Source: Chiloscyllium plagiosum (Eukaryota). From it: a DNA stretch of 59,554 nucleotides. The stretch spans positions 1,370,760-1,430,313 of the forward strand of contig NC_057753.1 of the NCBI RefSeq assembly GCF_004010195.1. Reading direction: 5' to 3'. Shown in pieces: positions 23,993-35,632 of this stretch; the stretch's first letter is position 1, and each line of letters begins with the position of its first letter. A program made the translations under genes and the position numbers. The notes below the pieces were generated by a model that saw only the letters and a program-made list of their open reading frames with translations, searched no databases and was not told the origin of the DNA.

Positions 23993-24385
23993 AAGGTTAT
24001 GCAGAGACTAGAGATAGGATGGTGATAACTATGAAGGAAAGCAAGGATGAGCATTTTTAAGCTTTGCTTATTAATCACCTTTGTCGAACAGTATGCACAG
24101 GGTGATGGTAAACAAGACTTGGTGTTAGTCTAGGGGTAGCGAAGTTTTGGATGACCTCAAGATTTTGAGAAAGTTCAATGTGCTGGCCCCACAAGTTAGC
24201 ACATTCATTAAGTCAATTTCACAACCTGCCTCTGTGTTCCAGTGAGTTCTCTCTCAGTTCCTTTTTTTTTTAATGCTTTAATTCAATTTCACAGGACATT
24301 CGAGGTGGAGGATTTACAACCCAAACATCACATCAGGGTCTGACAAGAATTGCTGAATTTATCATAGCCTGATAAGATTCTGGAC

Positions 24386-25048
24386 ATGGAAGGAGAAAGC
24401 AGTGTTGATAAGCTCATTGGGGACAAACCATGGAAATGTGTGGACTGCAATGCACGATTCATGTATCCGTCTCAGCTGGAAACCCACCGACGTACTCACA
24501 CTGGAGAGAAGCCATACCCTTGCTCCGTCTGTAGTAAGAGATTCACTCTGTCGTCTAACCTGCTGAGACACCAGCAAGTTCACACTGACGACAGACCATT
24601 CAAGTGTTCTCACTGTGGGCGTTGTTTCAGGCGATTGTCCCATCTCGCTGCCCACCAGCGAACTCACACTGGGGAAAGATTCTCCTGCTCCAACTGTGGG
24701 AAAGAATTCACTCGGGGATCCAGATTGCTGAAACACCAGAAAATTCATACTCGGCCGAAACAACTGGCCTGTCCTGAGTGTGGGCAGGGCTTCGCTGAGT
24801 TATTCTCCCTGCTGAGTCACCAGCGGGTTCACGCTGGGGAGAGACTGTTCATATGTTCCAAGTGTGGAAAGGAATTTACTCATTCATCCAAGCTGCTATC
24901 AGACCAGGACGTTCAAACTGGGAATGGGCCTTTCGCCTGCCCGGAGTGTGGCAAAGAATTCACTCTGTTAGCCACTCTGCTGACACATCAGCATGCTCAC
25001 AAACCACCATTAACTTGTTCAGAGTGTGTGAGGGATTTGTTGTGTTAG
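24386..25048 (+). CDS. C2H2 tandem zinc-finger protein (six intact fingers, one degenerate, last one frameshifted); no KRAB seen
   Basis: CxxC-x12-HxxxH units with TGEKP-type linkers; polypyrimidine tract and acceptor tttcacag at 24294; finger 6 has lost both His; finger 8 continues in another frame (EGFVVLVCLLTHQHVHT). Confidence 0.85.
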   Translation: MEGESSVDKLIGDKPWKCVDCNARFMYPSQLETHRRTHTGEKPYPCSVCSKRFTLSSNLLRHQQVHTDDRPFKCSHCGRCFRRLSHLAAHQRTHTGERFSCSNCGKEFTRGSRLLKHQKIHTRPKQLACPECGQGFAELFSLLSHQRVHAGERLFICSKCGKEFTHSSKLLSDQDVQTGNGPFACPECGKEFTLLATLLTHQHAHKPPLTCSECVRDLLC

Positions 25049-25639
25049 TCTGTCTGCTGACACATCAGCATGTTCACACAGCACCTGCTTTGCGTGTGGG
25101 AAGGAGGTCAGTCAGTTGTCCCACCCATTGAGATGCAGCAAGTTCTTAAGTAAATGCAGTGATTGGATTTTTCTGTCCAAGCGTGACCTGATTTAATGTC
25201 TTCATAATGAAGTAGCCTCTCATTAAGTCATCACTGGAAGATTGAATTTCCCATTCGTGTTTAGGGAGAGAAGAGTCGGTCTAAGAGTAGATGTTGAAAG
25301 TCAAGTAAAGGCAAGGACAAGGCTATGAAGACACAGGTGACAAAAGGGAACTGCGGAATGAAGTTTATGGATGACTGAATGAGACATCGTGTCAGACATT
25401 TAAGATTATATTTCATTGCATTCTGCAAAGTAACTTTGCAGTGTGAAAGAGAGTTTCTATGAGAAGGCTGCACATCTGTGGCTAACTAAGAACATTAAAG
25501 AGACCAAAAAATTGAAAGAGAAAACGTCATAATTGTGTGAAGATTAGAAAGAATTTAACAATGGTGTAGCTGAAGGGGGAAAAAAGGTATGAAATGGGAA
25601 GATAACATAAACTAGCAAGAAGTATAAAATAGAGGTTCT

Positions 25640-25995
25640 GTAACTTTATAAAAATCGTGAGGGGCATGGATAGGGTAAATAAATAGTCTTTTCCCTGGGT
25701 TGGGGGAATCCAGAACTAGAGGGCATAAGTTTAGGGGGGGGGGGGGGGGAGGGAAACATTTAAAAGGGACCTAAGGGGCAACTTTTTCATGCAAAGGGTT
25801 GGTGTGTGTATGATATGAGCTGCCAGAGGAAGTGGTGGAGGCTGGTACAATTTTAGCGTTTTAATAGGCATCTGCATGGGTACATGAATAGGAAGGGTTT
25901 AGAGGGATATGGGCTAAGTGCTGGCAAATGGGACTCGATTAACTTAGGATATCTGGGCGAGTTGGACCAAAGGGTTTCCATGCTGTACAACTCTG
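25640..25995 (+). mobile_element. CR1 3' end
   Basis: GESRTRGH and ELPEEVVEAG; poly-G expansion at ~25734-25750. Confidence 0.85.
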
Positions 25996-25999
25996 AGTG

Positions 26000-27890
26000 T
26001 AAGTGTTCTAAAATTAAAGTGTATTATTCTTCTACTGAATGGGTTTGGGAGTGAATATTAGTTGTTAAGGGATTGACAGAAATGATAAACAGATATTTGG
26101 TGTGTCTGCATTGTATATAAGTAACGTCACAAATATAATAGCAAATCAAAATATGAAAAGGAGAGAGAAACGTGAAAGAATCACAACCCAGGAAAGCATA
26201 CAGAGACAATGATTGGAACGAAAGGTTGACAGATACTGAGAATCTGATAGGCATTGCTTCTCAGACCCCAAAATGCAAGCTGCGTAGATACTACATGCTT
26301 GAGTTCTCACTTTCCAAACTATTCACTATTCTGTTAAGATCCCATCAAATTAGAAAATAATTCTGTATGCAAGAAACAAAGGAGACAGCAAGGAGAAATC
26401 AAGAGGCTTCTGAGGCCGATATGGAACACCGAAGTTTTTAGAATCTATTCAGGAGTTGAAAGAAGGACCGTTAGAAGATCAAAAATGCAAGCAGCAGAGT
26501 GGTTTAGTGAAGGGAAATAGCACCTCACAAATTTGTTAGTGTTCTTTGAGGAATCAATGTCGACAAAATGCACCTCCAGATGTGTGAAATTTCGAAGTGA
26601 CATTTTAAAAGATGGTGATACAAAATTCCTTCAAGTGAAGAGAGTGATGTTAACCTGAGTACAGGATTGGTTAGGTAACAGAGTAGAGATAGCTGGATGA
26701 TTGTTGATTTCGTGAGCTGTAATTAGCACACTGCCACAGGAATCAGTGCTGGGACCTCCATTTTCTTACAATTCGTATCAGTGACTTCAATGAAGAGAAT
26801 GACGATATCATTGCTACATTTGAGGATGATTTAAAAGCAGGAAGGGAATGAAATTGTAAAAACAGTTTGAGATAAGTGAGTGAGCAAGAAAAAATGACAG
26901 ATGGAATAAAATGTAAGAAGATACGTGCTTGTGCAATTTGGCAGGAAGACTAGAAATGTGGCATGTTTCAGTTAGAGATTACAGAACAGTGAGGCGCCGA
27001 GAGGTCTGGCTGTCCTGCTGCATTCATCACAGCACATCAGTATGCGGATATCTCAAGTGGCTAGGAAGGGAAAAGGAATGTCATTGTTTCTCTAAACTGC
27101 TCCCTGTAAAGAGGAGGCTGTCCTATGATGAAAAACTGAGTAAGTCAGACCGGGAGTCCCTGAAATTTAGAAGATTAAGCTGTCATCTCACAAAAATGTA
27201 CAAACATCTGGAGGGGTTTGATAGTGCAGATTCCAAATGACCTTGTTTCTCACTGTCTTTGCATTCCCCAGTCACACAACCATGTGGAATACCAGTCCTT
27301 TCTCACTCTATCCTCTTTGCCTCCCTGATGTTAGTTACTCCACCGTTGATGTCGTTGCCTGGTTGTGAAACTCTGAAATTACCTCCCCAAATATCTCCCC
27401 CACCTACCTGGTGAACTATGCTTATTCGACATGATATCTCCCACTTACCAGGATGCTGCCTGGGCTGCAGCAATTCAACTCTGAAGAGAGACTGATAGGC
27501 TGGGGTTGTTTTCGTTAGAGCAGAGAAGGCTGAGAGAGTACCTGATTGAGATATACAGAGGGGACTGTGGGGAGTGGATAGGAAGAAACTTTAACTTTGT
27601 TCGAGGGCTCAGTAATGAGGTGTGGCAGTTGTGAAATAAACCACAGGAGGTGGGAGTGGATTAGGGGATTCTTTTTCTTTTAGTCAGAGGGTTGGAGATA
27701 ATGGGAACCTGCTGCCTAAAAGTGGCTGGAACCCTCTGGAAATTTAAGAAATGTTTAGATCAGCATTTGAAACACCACAACAAGGCTACAGGTCCAGGGC
27801 TGGAAAATGGGATTAGAAAAAAATAGATTCCTGGCACGCATACGATGGGCCAAAGGGCCTCCTTACATGCTGTAAGTCTCTGTGAATCTA
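26000..27890 (+). mobile_element. Mosaic of old CR1 fragments
   Basis: Eroded PQESVLGP, FEDD and GLFSLEQRRLREYLIE motifs. Confidence 0.55.
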
Positions 27891-28739
27891 TTAATATAAT
27901 TTCTAATGTCAGACCCTTCCTTCAATCATTTCTTGAAGAAGCTCCTTTGAAAAACTTTGACCCATTTTATTACTTTCAGCATGTGAGGTAACAAGCTGAT
28001 ACTGTTTCATGTCATCCGTTTTTGCAGAGTAAAATTCACAAGCAGCCAGTGGTGGACGGCTGATTAATGCAGTTGCTTTGGGAGGTGGATTGTTTAAATG
28101 CACGAATATTGGTTCCACGACCCCAGGTGATCTCCTGTGGAGAGTGTTGGGTGTTTTGGTCTCCTGTGCTGAGACTGGAGCTGATTGAACAGTCAGACCT
28201 GCAGTGAACTTCGAAGAATTGCTGAATGGGAACTTGCCTTGTCACTCCAGCTGAAGCTGGTTCTGCATAAAACAGGTCACTATGAGTTTCAATTATAATG
28301 CAATCTTTGGAGCAAAATCTACGACCTTAAAACAGCAGTAATGCAGCAAGAAAGTCCTTGTGTTCGTTTTGCATTTCTCGCACACTCAGAACATCACAAA
28401 CTGATTCAGTATGTGATGAACTTTGCAAGAAGGAATGAGAAGATGCAGAATACACTAAATGATACAATTTTAAAGAGTACCTGGGAAGAGTATGACCCTG
28501 AATCTTCGAATGTGAAACGTTAAGCTGTTAAAGCTTAATAATCCTTAGTTAAGGTTTCCCAAATCTTCACAAATCATTGATTAATCCTCAGCTTCAATAG
28601 TGTGTTCCGTTCTGAGGATCAGACGTGAGAAATATGTCAAGTTCTTGGAGAGAGTGCAGGGTCAATTTCTCGAATTACCATCAGGGTGCAGGGCTTTCAG
28701 TTCATTAGAGGAACTGGAGAAGCTATTCCTGGAAGTGTG

Positions 28740-29040
28740 TGAGAGGTTAGGAATGTTGCAGGGAGTAACTCACATCCTGACTCCCCAAAGCCTGTCCACC
28801 ATCTACAAGGCACAGGTGAGTGTGTGGTGGAAAATGCCCTGCTTGCCTGGATGAGTACAGTTCCAATAACGCTCATGATGCCTGACACCATCCAGGACAA
28901 AGCAGCTGACTCCATTGGCACCACGTGCACAAATATCCTCGCCCTCCACCACCAATACTGAGTAGCAATAGTACGTGCTATCTACAAGATGCACCACAGA
29001 AATTTACCAAAAATCCTTAGGCAGCACCATCCAAATCCTG
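28740..29040 (+). mobile_element. L2/CR1-clade LINE fragment; resumes at ~31110-31370 after a CR1 insertion
   Basis: THILTPQSLSTIYKAQV; 3' end aaggcagctcactgccaccttctcaagggcaactag...aataaa at ~31300-31350. Confidence 0.75.
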
Positions 29041-31108
29041 AGCACTTGGGAGAAGAATTGCAACATGCAGGTAGACTGGGAGAATCAGGATGGTATTGGA
29101 CCTCAAGAAAGAGACTTTGTGGAGTGCCTCCGAGATGGATTCTTAGAACAGCTGTTGCTGGAGCCTACCAGGGAGAAGGCAATTCTGGATCTGGTATTGT
29201 GCAACGAACCAGAATTGATTTGGGACCTCGAAGTGAAGGAGCCATTGGGAAGTAGTGACCATAATGCAATAAGTTTCAATCTGCAATTTGAGAGGGAGAG
29301 AGTACAATCGGAAGTGATAATATTTCTGTTGAATAAAGGGAATAATGGAGCTATGAGGGAGGAGCTGAACAAAGTTCAATGGTGCAATACCTTAGCAGGG
29401 ATGACAGTGGAGGAACAATGGCAGATATTTCTGTGTATAATGCAGAAGTTTGCACATTCTCCCCGTGTCTGCGTGGGTTTCCTCCGGGTGCTCCGGTTTC
29501 CTCCCACAGTCCAAACGATGTGCAGGGTCAGGTGAATTGGCCATGCTAAATTGCCCGTAGTGTTAGGTAAGGGGTAAATGTAGGGGTATGGGTGGGTTTC
29601 GCTTCGGCGGGTCGGTGTGGACTTGTTGGGCCGAAGGGCCTGTTTCTACACTGTAATGTAATCTAATCTAATATTACAGGGAACAAAGAAATGGCAGAAG
29701 AATTGAATTGGCACTTCAGCTCTGTGTTCACTTGGGAAGACACAAGCAATCTCCCTGAGGTAACAGTGGCTGAAGGACCTGAACATAAGCAAATTTATAT
29801 TTGCCAGGAATTGGTGTTGGAGAGACTGTTAGGTCTGAAGGCTGATAAGTCCCCGGGGCCTGATGGTCTACATCCCAGGGTACTGAAGGAGGTGGCTCGA
29901 GAAATTGTGGATGCGTTGGTGATTATTTTCCAGAGTTTGATAGATTCGGGATAAGTTCCTCTGGATTGGAGTGTGGCTAATGTTGTACCACTTTTTAAGA
30001 AAGGTGGAAGAGAGAAAGCAGGAAATTATAGACCAGTTAGTCTGACCTCCGTGGTAGGAAAGATGCTGGAGTCTATTTTAAAGGATGAAATTATGACACA
30101 TCTGGATAGTAGTAACAGGATAGGTCAGAGTCAGCATGGATTTATGAAGGGGAAATCATGCTTGACTAATCTTCTGGAATTTTATGAGGATGTAACTGAA
30201 GATGGACGAGGGAGATCCAGTAGATGTAGTGAACCTGGACTTTCAGAAAGCTTTTGATAAAGTCCCACATAGGATGTTAGTGAGTAAAATTAGGGCGCAT
30301 GGTATTGGGGGATAGGTAGTAACTTGGATTGAAAGTTGGTTGGCTGATGGGAAACAAAGAGTAGTGATAAACGGCTCCATTTCGGAATGGCAGGCAGTGA
30401 CCAGTGGGGTACCGCAGGGATCAGTGCTGGGACTGCAGCTTTTTACAATATATGTTAATGATATAGAAGATGATATTAGTAATAACATTAGCAAATTTGC
30501 TGATGATACATAGCTGGATGGCAGGGTGAAATGTGAGGAGGATGTTAGGAGATTACAGGGTGACCTGGACAGGTTAGGTGAGTGGTCAGATGCAGTTTAA
30601 TGTGGATAAATGTATGGTTATTCACTTTGGTGGCAAGAACAGGAAGGCAGATTATTACCTAAATGGAACCAATTTAGGTAAAGGGGCAGTACAAAGAGAT
30701 CTAGGTGTTCTTGTACACCCGTCAATGAAGGTAAGCATGCAGGTACAGCAGGTAGTGAAGAAAGCTAATAGCATGCTGGCCTTCACAACAAGAGGAATTG
30801 AGTATAGACAGAGGACACAGCTTAGAAATACGGGGTAGGCCATTTAGGACAGAGATGAGGAGAAACTTGTTCACCCAGAGAGTGGTGGCTGTGTGGGATG
30901 CTCTGCCCCAGAGGGCAGTGGAGGCCCAGTCTCTGGATTCATTTAAGAAAGAGTTGGATAGAGCTCTCAAGGATAGTGGAATCAAGGGTTATGGAGATAA
31001 GGCAGGAACAGGATACCTGATTAAGGATGATCAGCCATGATCATATTGAATGGTGGTGCAGGCTCGAGGGGCAGAATGGCCTACTCCTGCACCTATTGTC
31101 TATTGTCA
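29041..31108 (+). mobile_element. Younger CR1 ORF2 (endonuclease end plus RT) with internal deletions
   Basis: [53 protein letters not shown]; 3' tail (ctattgt)n. Confidence 0.95.
29448..29672 (+). mobile_element. 5'-truncated HE1 SINE nested in CR1
   Basis: gtttgcacattctccccgtgtctgcg...taatctaatcta. Confidence 0.95.
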
Positions 31109-31574
31109 CTTTTGTCTAGAAAGACAAGTCTGGTAGATATGAGAACACAACCACTTTCAAGTTCCCATCTGAATCATTCCCCAGCCTGAATTTGAAAGTA
31201 CTTACCATTCCTTCATTGTTGCTGGGTCAAAATGCTAGAATTCCCTCTCTCAGGGCATTATGAATCTACTTACAGACCATGGACTGCAGTGGTTCCAGAA
31301 GGCAGCTCACTGCCACCTTCTCAAGGGCAACTAGAGACTTGGGCAATAAATGCTGGTCCAACCCACATCATACTGGGGAACAAGAAAGATCAGGTGAGGT
31401 CATTCTCCTCAGGTCAGAAAAGGTCAAGGAATGATTGGGCCTGCTGCTTATTCACCCCCACCCCTTGTTTGGATGACCAGCTACACACTCACTTTGGAGA
31501 TGCCGGTGTTGGACTGGGGTGTACAAAGTTCAAGATTACACAACACCAGGTTACAGTCCAACAGGTTTAATTGG

Positions 31575-31615
31575 AAGCACTAGCTTTCGGAGCATCGCTC
31601 CTTCATCAGGTGGTT
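31575..31615 (-). ncRNA. Minimal type I hammerhead ribozyme core
   Basis: Minus strand: aaccac CUGAUGA a GGAGC gau GCUCC GAAA GCUA gugcuu. Confidence 0.75.
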
Positions 31616-31650
31616 GTGCCCTGATGAGGGAGCTCCGAAAGCTCGTGCTT
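31616..31650 (+). ncRNA. Degenerate hammerhead core (loopless stem II, broken stem I)
   Basis: gcc CUGAUGA g GGAG CUCC GAAA GCUC gug. Confidence 0.45.
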
Positions 31651-31859
31651 CCAATTAAACCTGTTGGACTGGAACTTGGTGTTGTGATTTTTAACTTTGC
31701 ACACTCACACTGTCCTTCAGCCCCGCCCCTCATGAACTTTTATTGGTTGAGAATCAAGTAACTCCCAAGTGGTCACTCACTCCTGCCCCCTCTTCTTATT
31801 GACATGGAGCCGCCCCCAATCCGCATGGATCCTTGTTCTTTATTAAGTGATAGTGGGAA

Positions 31860-32050
31860 CACTTTTTCTGAACTTTTTATTTCTTTATTACAATTATGTT
31901 GTACTTTTGAAGGTCTATAATGCGGGACTTTTCTCTCCCCTGTGATTTTGTATTGGAATTGTGCCTTGGGACCAAAGAGGCTCTGTAAAAGTGGCAACTT
32001 GTAAACTTTTCTCTGTACTCCTGTGAGCACATGAGAATAAATCTATTCCG
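31860..32050 (+). mobile_element. Non-autonomous retroelement 3' end with Rex1-like tail
   Basis: acttttctctgtactc..cacatgagaataaatc resembles the Rex1 tail at 39478-39510; a related minus copy lies at ~16490-16580. Confidence 0.5.
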
Positions 32051-32259
32051 TTCATCCCTTTTGTGAGGTGGAGCGTGCATACTTCCTGTCCACCACTCGT
32101 TACCGTGAAGCGCATGGTCAGTTTCTCAAATCCACAGAGGCTGAGAATGAGAGGGATTGGAGTAAGCTATGGATGGTGGACTGGCTTTCGAAATATCTTC
32201 TGTCACCCACAAACCCCTGTCAGTCCTCCACTTGCAGTGAAATGGGACAACGACTCCAG

Positions 32260-32641
32260 GTTTCCTTTTTTTTATTATTAACCCCCACACTATCACCTAA
32301 GTGCGGTAGTGCTTATATTTTCCCAGCACCCATGATGTGTGTGTGCAGGTGTGAGACACAGTGAAAGACACAAAGTGCACGAATCTTTATTCAAATTCCA
32401 CCACCAGGAAGATAGGAAAACACCCGGGTGGCCAGTGACAAACACTGCCCTTCACATCAAAGGACAGTGCTGTGTGATCAAAACAGTGAAGGGGAGGGTA
32501 GGGACTAAATCAAAAATTTCCTGTTTATTTTATTTTTTTTTTTCCTTTTTTTTTCTCTTCGTTTTAACCCCCACACTACCACCTAACTGCGGTAGTGCTT
32601 ATTTTATCCCCAGCACCCATGGTGTGTGTGTGCAGATGTGA
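32260..32641 (-). mobile_element. Two tandem 3' ends of a poly(A) non-LTR element (L1/Tx1-like)
   Basis: Unit taacccccacactaYcacctaa.tgcggtagtgcttat.. at ~32279 and ~32565, each preceded by poly-T; tttatt (AATAAA on minus) at ~32386. Confidence 0.55.
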
Positions 32642-32936
32642 NNNNNNNNNNNNNNNNNNNNNNNNNNNNNNNNNNNNNNNNNNNNNNNNNNNNNNNNNNN
32701 NNNNNNNNNNNNNNNNNNNNNNNNNNNNNNNNNNNNNNNNNNNNNNNNNNNNNNNNNNNNNNNNNNNNNNNNNNNNNNNNNNNNNNNNNNNNNNNNNNNN
32801 NNNNNNNNNNNNNNNNNNNNNNNNNNNNNNNNNNNNNNNNNNNNNNNNNNNNNNNNNNNNNNNNNNNNNNNNNNNNNNNNNNNNNNNNNNNNNNNNNNNN
32901 NNNNNNNNNNNNNNNNNNNNNNNNNNNNNNNNNNNN
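32642..32936. other. Assembly gap, 295 N
   Basis: N run. Confidence 0.95.
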
Positions 32937-33469
32937 GATACAGAATGAAAGAGAAGGAAGCAAACCTGCTCTCTATATTATTTCCCCCTCCCAGCAGTCC
33001 CCCACAAATAAACAGATTCAGTCAGCCCAGTTTCACAATCTCCCTTTGCATTTTCGTGCCCCCCTTCTCTCTCTCACTTTGTGTTATTTCCTCTTTTTGC
33101 TCAATTAAGTCGGATATTGAATGCAAAGGTTTGCTTTTGTGTTAACTGAAACAAAACATCACAACAGGATCAGACCCTTTGGGATAAGGCTGAAGATTAC
33201 AGGTACTGACAAGAGGCCTAACAACGGCTGCCTTGTGAATGGAATTGCACAGAGTTCAGTCAGATCTGCTAAGAGTTCAAATGGCAGGAAACCAGGAACT
33301 GCTGGTTCTAACACATAAGGCATACGTTTGGACAAAACAATTGAGATGGCTCACATGCAGGGATAAGTCCAAAGAAGGCACATACTTGGCACAGTGACTT
33401 GTGTATAATAAGCCTGATGAGATGGTTTTGTTGGGCAACACTTCGAGGCTAACATTACATCAGAAGGTC

Positions 33470-33780
33470 ATGATTTGTAGGTGCCGGTGTTGAACTGGGG
33501 TGGACAATCACACAACACCAGGTTTATTTGGAAGCACTAACCTTCAGAGCGATGCTTCTTCAGGTGGGTTGTAGAGCATTACGGTAAGCCACAGAATTCA
33601 TAGCAAAAGGATTACAGTGTCATGGAGTTGGAATGATACGTTAAACAAATTTAGATCAAGTATTGCATCTTTTAGGATGGGATATGCTGGTCTAAGCTCT
33701 TTAATATGTAAATTTGAAAACTCCTTTTAAGTTATATTTGGATGATATCACCTTGTGACAGCAACCTGATGAGAAATGGA
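33470..33780 (-). mobile_element. Diverged Penelope-like pLTR element, same family as 40401-41287
   Basis: gccggtgttgaactggggtg..ggaagcacta.. with an eroded hammerhead core. Confidence 0.7.
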
Positions 33781-33815
33781 GAGAGAGAGAGAGAGATTAA
33801 CAATGTCAATTAACA

Positions 33816-34511
33816 CGTTATGAAGGTGTAGGTGTGTACTGGCCAGGACAGCTGAACAGTTCAAAATGTAACACTTGGTTGAAACAAATAGTTGGAGTTG
33901 CATTGCCATGGAACAAAAAAAAAACAAATTCAAATTCAGCCAATCAGTTAAAATTATGCCCCAGATACCAAAATCCAGTTGAATTTGAATTGAGTGTTTT
34001 GATGACATCAAACCAATGAAATGATCCAATGTTTTGAGGTATAAAACCGGACATTTTGAACAGTTAGGGGGAGAACTGCCAAGAACACCAACAAGTACAG
34101 ACTGCTCGCCGAAAGGTCTCTGAAAGGTACCTGTCCACAAGAAATGTGTGCAGCAGAACTCTGAAGCCAACCAAGATAAAAATCTGCAGAAGAAAATCTC
34201 CAAAGGAGTATCGATGAAGCTGACTGGTTTTTGAAACATGATTAGTTTTTTTGTAAATCCTAATCAGAGTTTTTTGTATCAGACCAGTATTGTAGAGTGG
34301 GAGGTAAAGATAGGTTTAAGAGAAAGGAGTTGTAAATAGTTGTTTAATGTTCTCTTTTAGACTTAAAGAATAAAATTGTTAATTTTTTGCTTTAAATAGT
34401 GACCTCTGGGCTAGTTCATTGCCTCCTGAAATTTAACAGATTATGGCCGGAGGTGAGCTTCTCTGTGTGTTGGGTTTAAATGAGCACAGGGGTTTACCCC
34501 AAATCGTAACA
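33816..34511 (+). mobile_element. Probable solo LTR
   Basis: Inverted termini cgttatga...tcgtaaca; three CCAAT boxes; TATAAAA at ~34040; AATAAA at ~34369. Confidence 0.55.
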
Positions 34512-35632
34512 CACAGAAGAGTTCAGTGAGGATAGGTCACGATGAGCTCTGGTAGGGCCTGACAAGAGAAAACTGGAGTGAGATGCAAATTCCTAACTAA
34601 TGCAAAGAGAAAATTGTGAGGGTGTTTGGCCTGGTGGGCCTGTCGATGAGAAGGACACAGCAGAGGCGGCTGATCACATTGTCACTGAGATTGAGACTAA
34701 AAAGCTCCATGAATTCCTCACAGATATTAAAAACAACTTCAGATATTTTATGTTTGATCCAAAGTTGATTTATTGATGAATATCCAGAAAACTGAAGCCT
34801 ATACCTGAAGTGCAGTTCATTAACATCAAGAGAAAGACTTACCAATGGAATAGGTTCGCTTCCAAATATGTTTCACTGCAAAATTCAATCGCTGCTGTTA
34901 CTTGTGAACTCTTTGGTGCGTTAGCATGTTGGATGACTGTGTGACTCCCTTCCACATTTGGAGCAGGTGAAGGGTCACTCCCCAGTTTGGATTCGCTGGT
35001 GGAATAACAGTTGAGATGATCTGATGAATGCCTTCCCACACTCCGAGCAGATGACGGGTCTCTCCCAGTGTGGATTCACCGGTGTGGCAGCAACTGGGAT
35101 GGCCTGGTTAATCATTGCGCGCACTCTGAGCAAGTGAAGGGTCTCTCCCCTGTGCGTACAGTGAGGTCAGCCCTCTGTCTGAGCCCAGTCCCGCAGTGAC
35201 AGCATCAGAACGGGCATTCGTCGGTTTGAACACGTTGAGGGGACATCAGTTCTCTCGAACATTTGAAGCATTTCCCACAATCTGAACATGTAAAAAGTCT
35301 CTCATCAATGTGAACCCAATGGTGTGCCAGGAGGTGGAATATTAGAGTGAATCCCTTCCCACACTCGGAGCAGGTTAAGAGTCTCTCCTCAGCGTGCATT
35401 CACTGGTGCTCAGTAAGGTTCGTTGGTCATTTGAATCCAATCCCACAGTGAGAGCTTCTGAATGTTCGCTCATCTGTGTGTACACGATGATGGGATATCA
35501 CTTCTTGGGAACCTTTAAAGCACTTCCCCCAGTCTGAACATTGAAAAGGTTTCTCCCCAGTGTGAACTCACTGGTGTGTCACCAGGGCAGATGACTGAGT
35601 AAATCCCTTCCCACACTCAGGACAGGTGAATA

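Larger units (their letters stand above)
31493..31699. mobile_element. 207-bp foldback mini Penelope-like element with two head-to-head hammerhead cores and 9-bp TSD
   Basis: cacactcac at 31484-31492 and 31700-31708; arms ~31525-31610 and ~31620-31699 are inverted copies. Confidence 0.85.
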
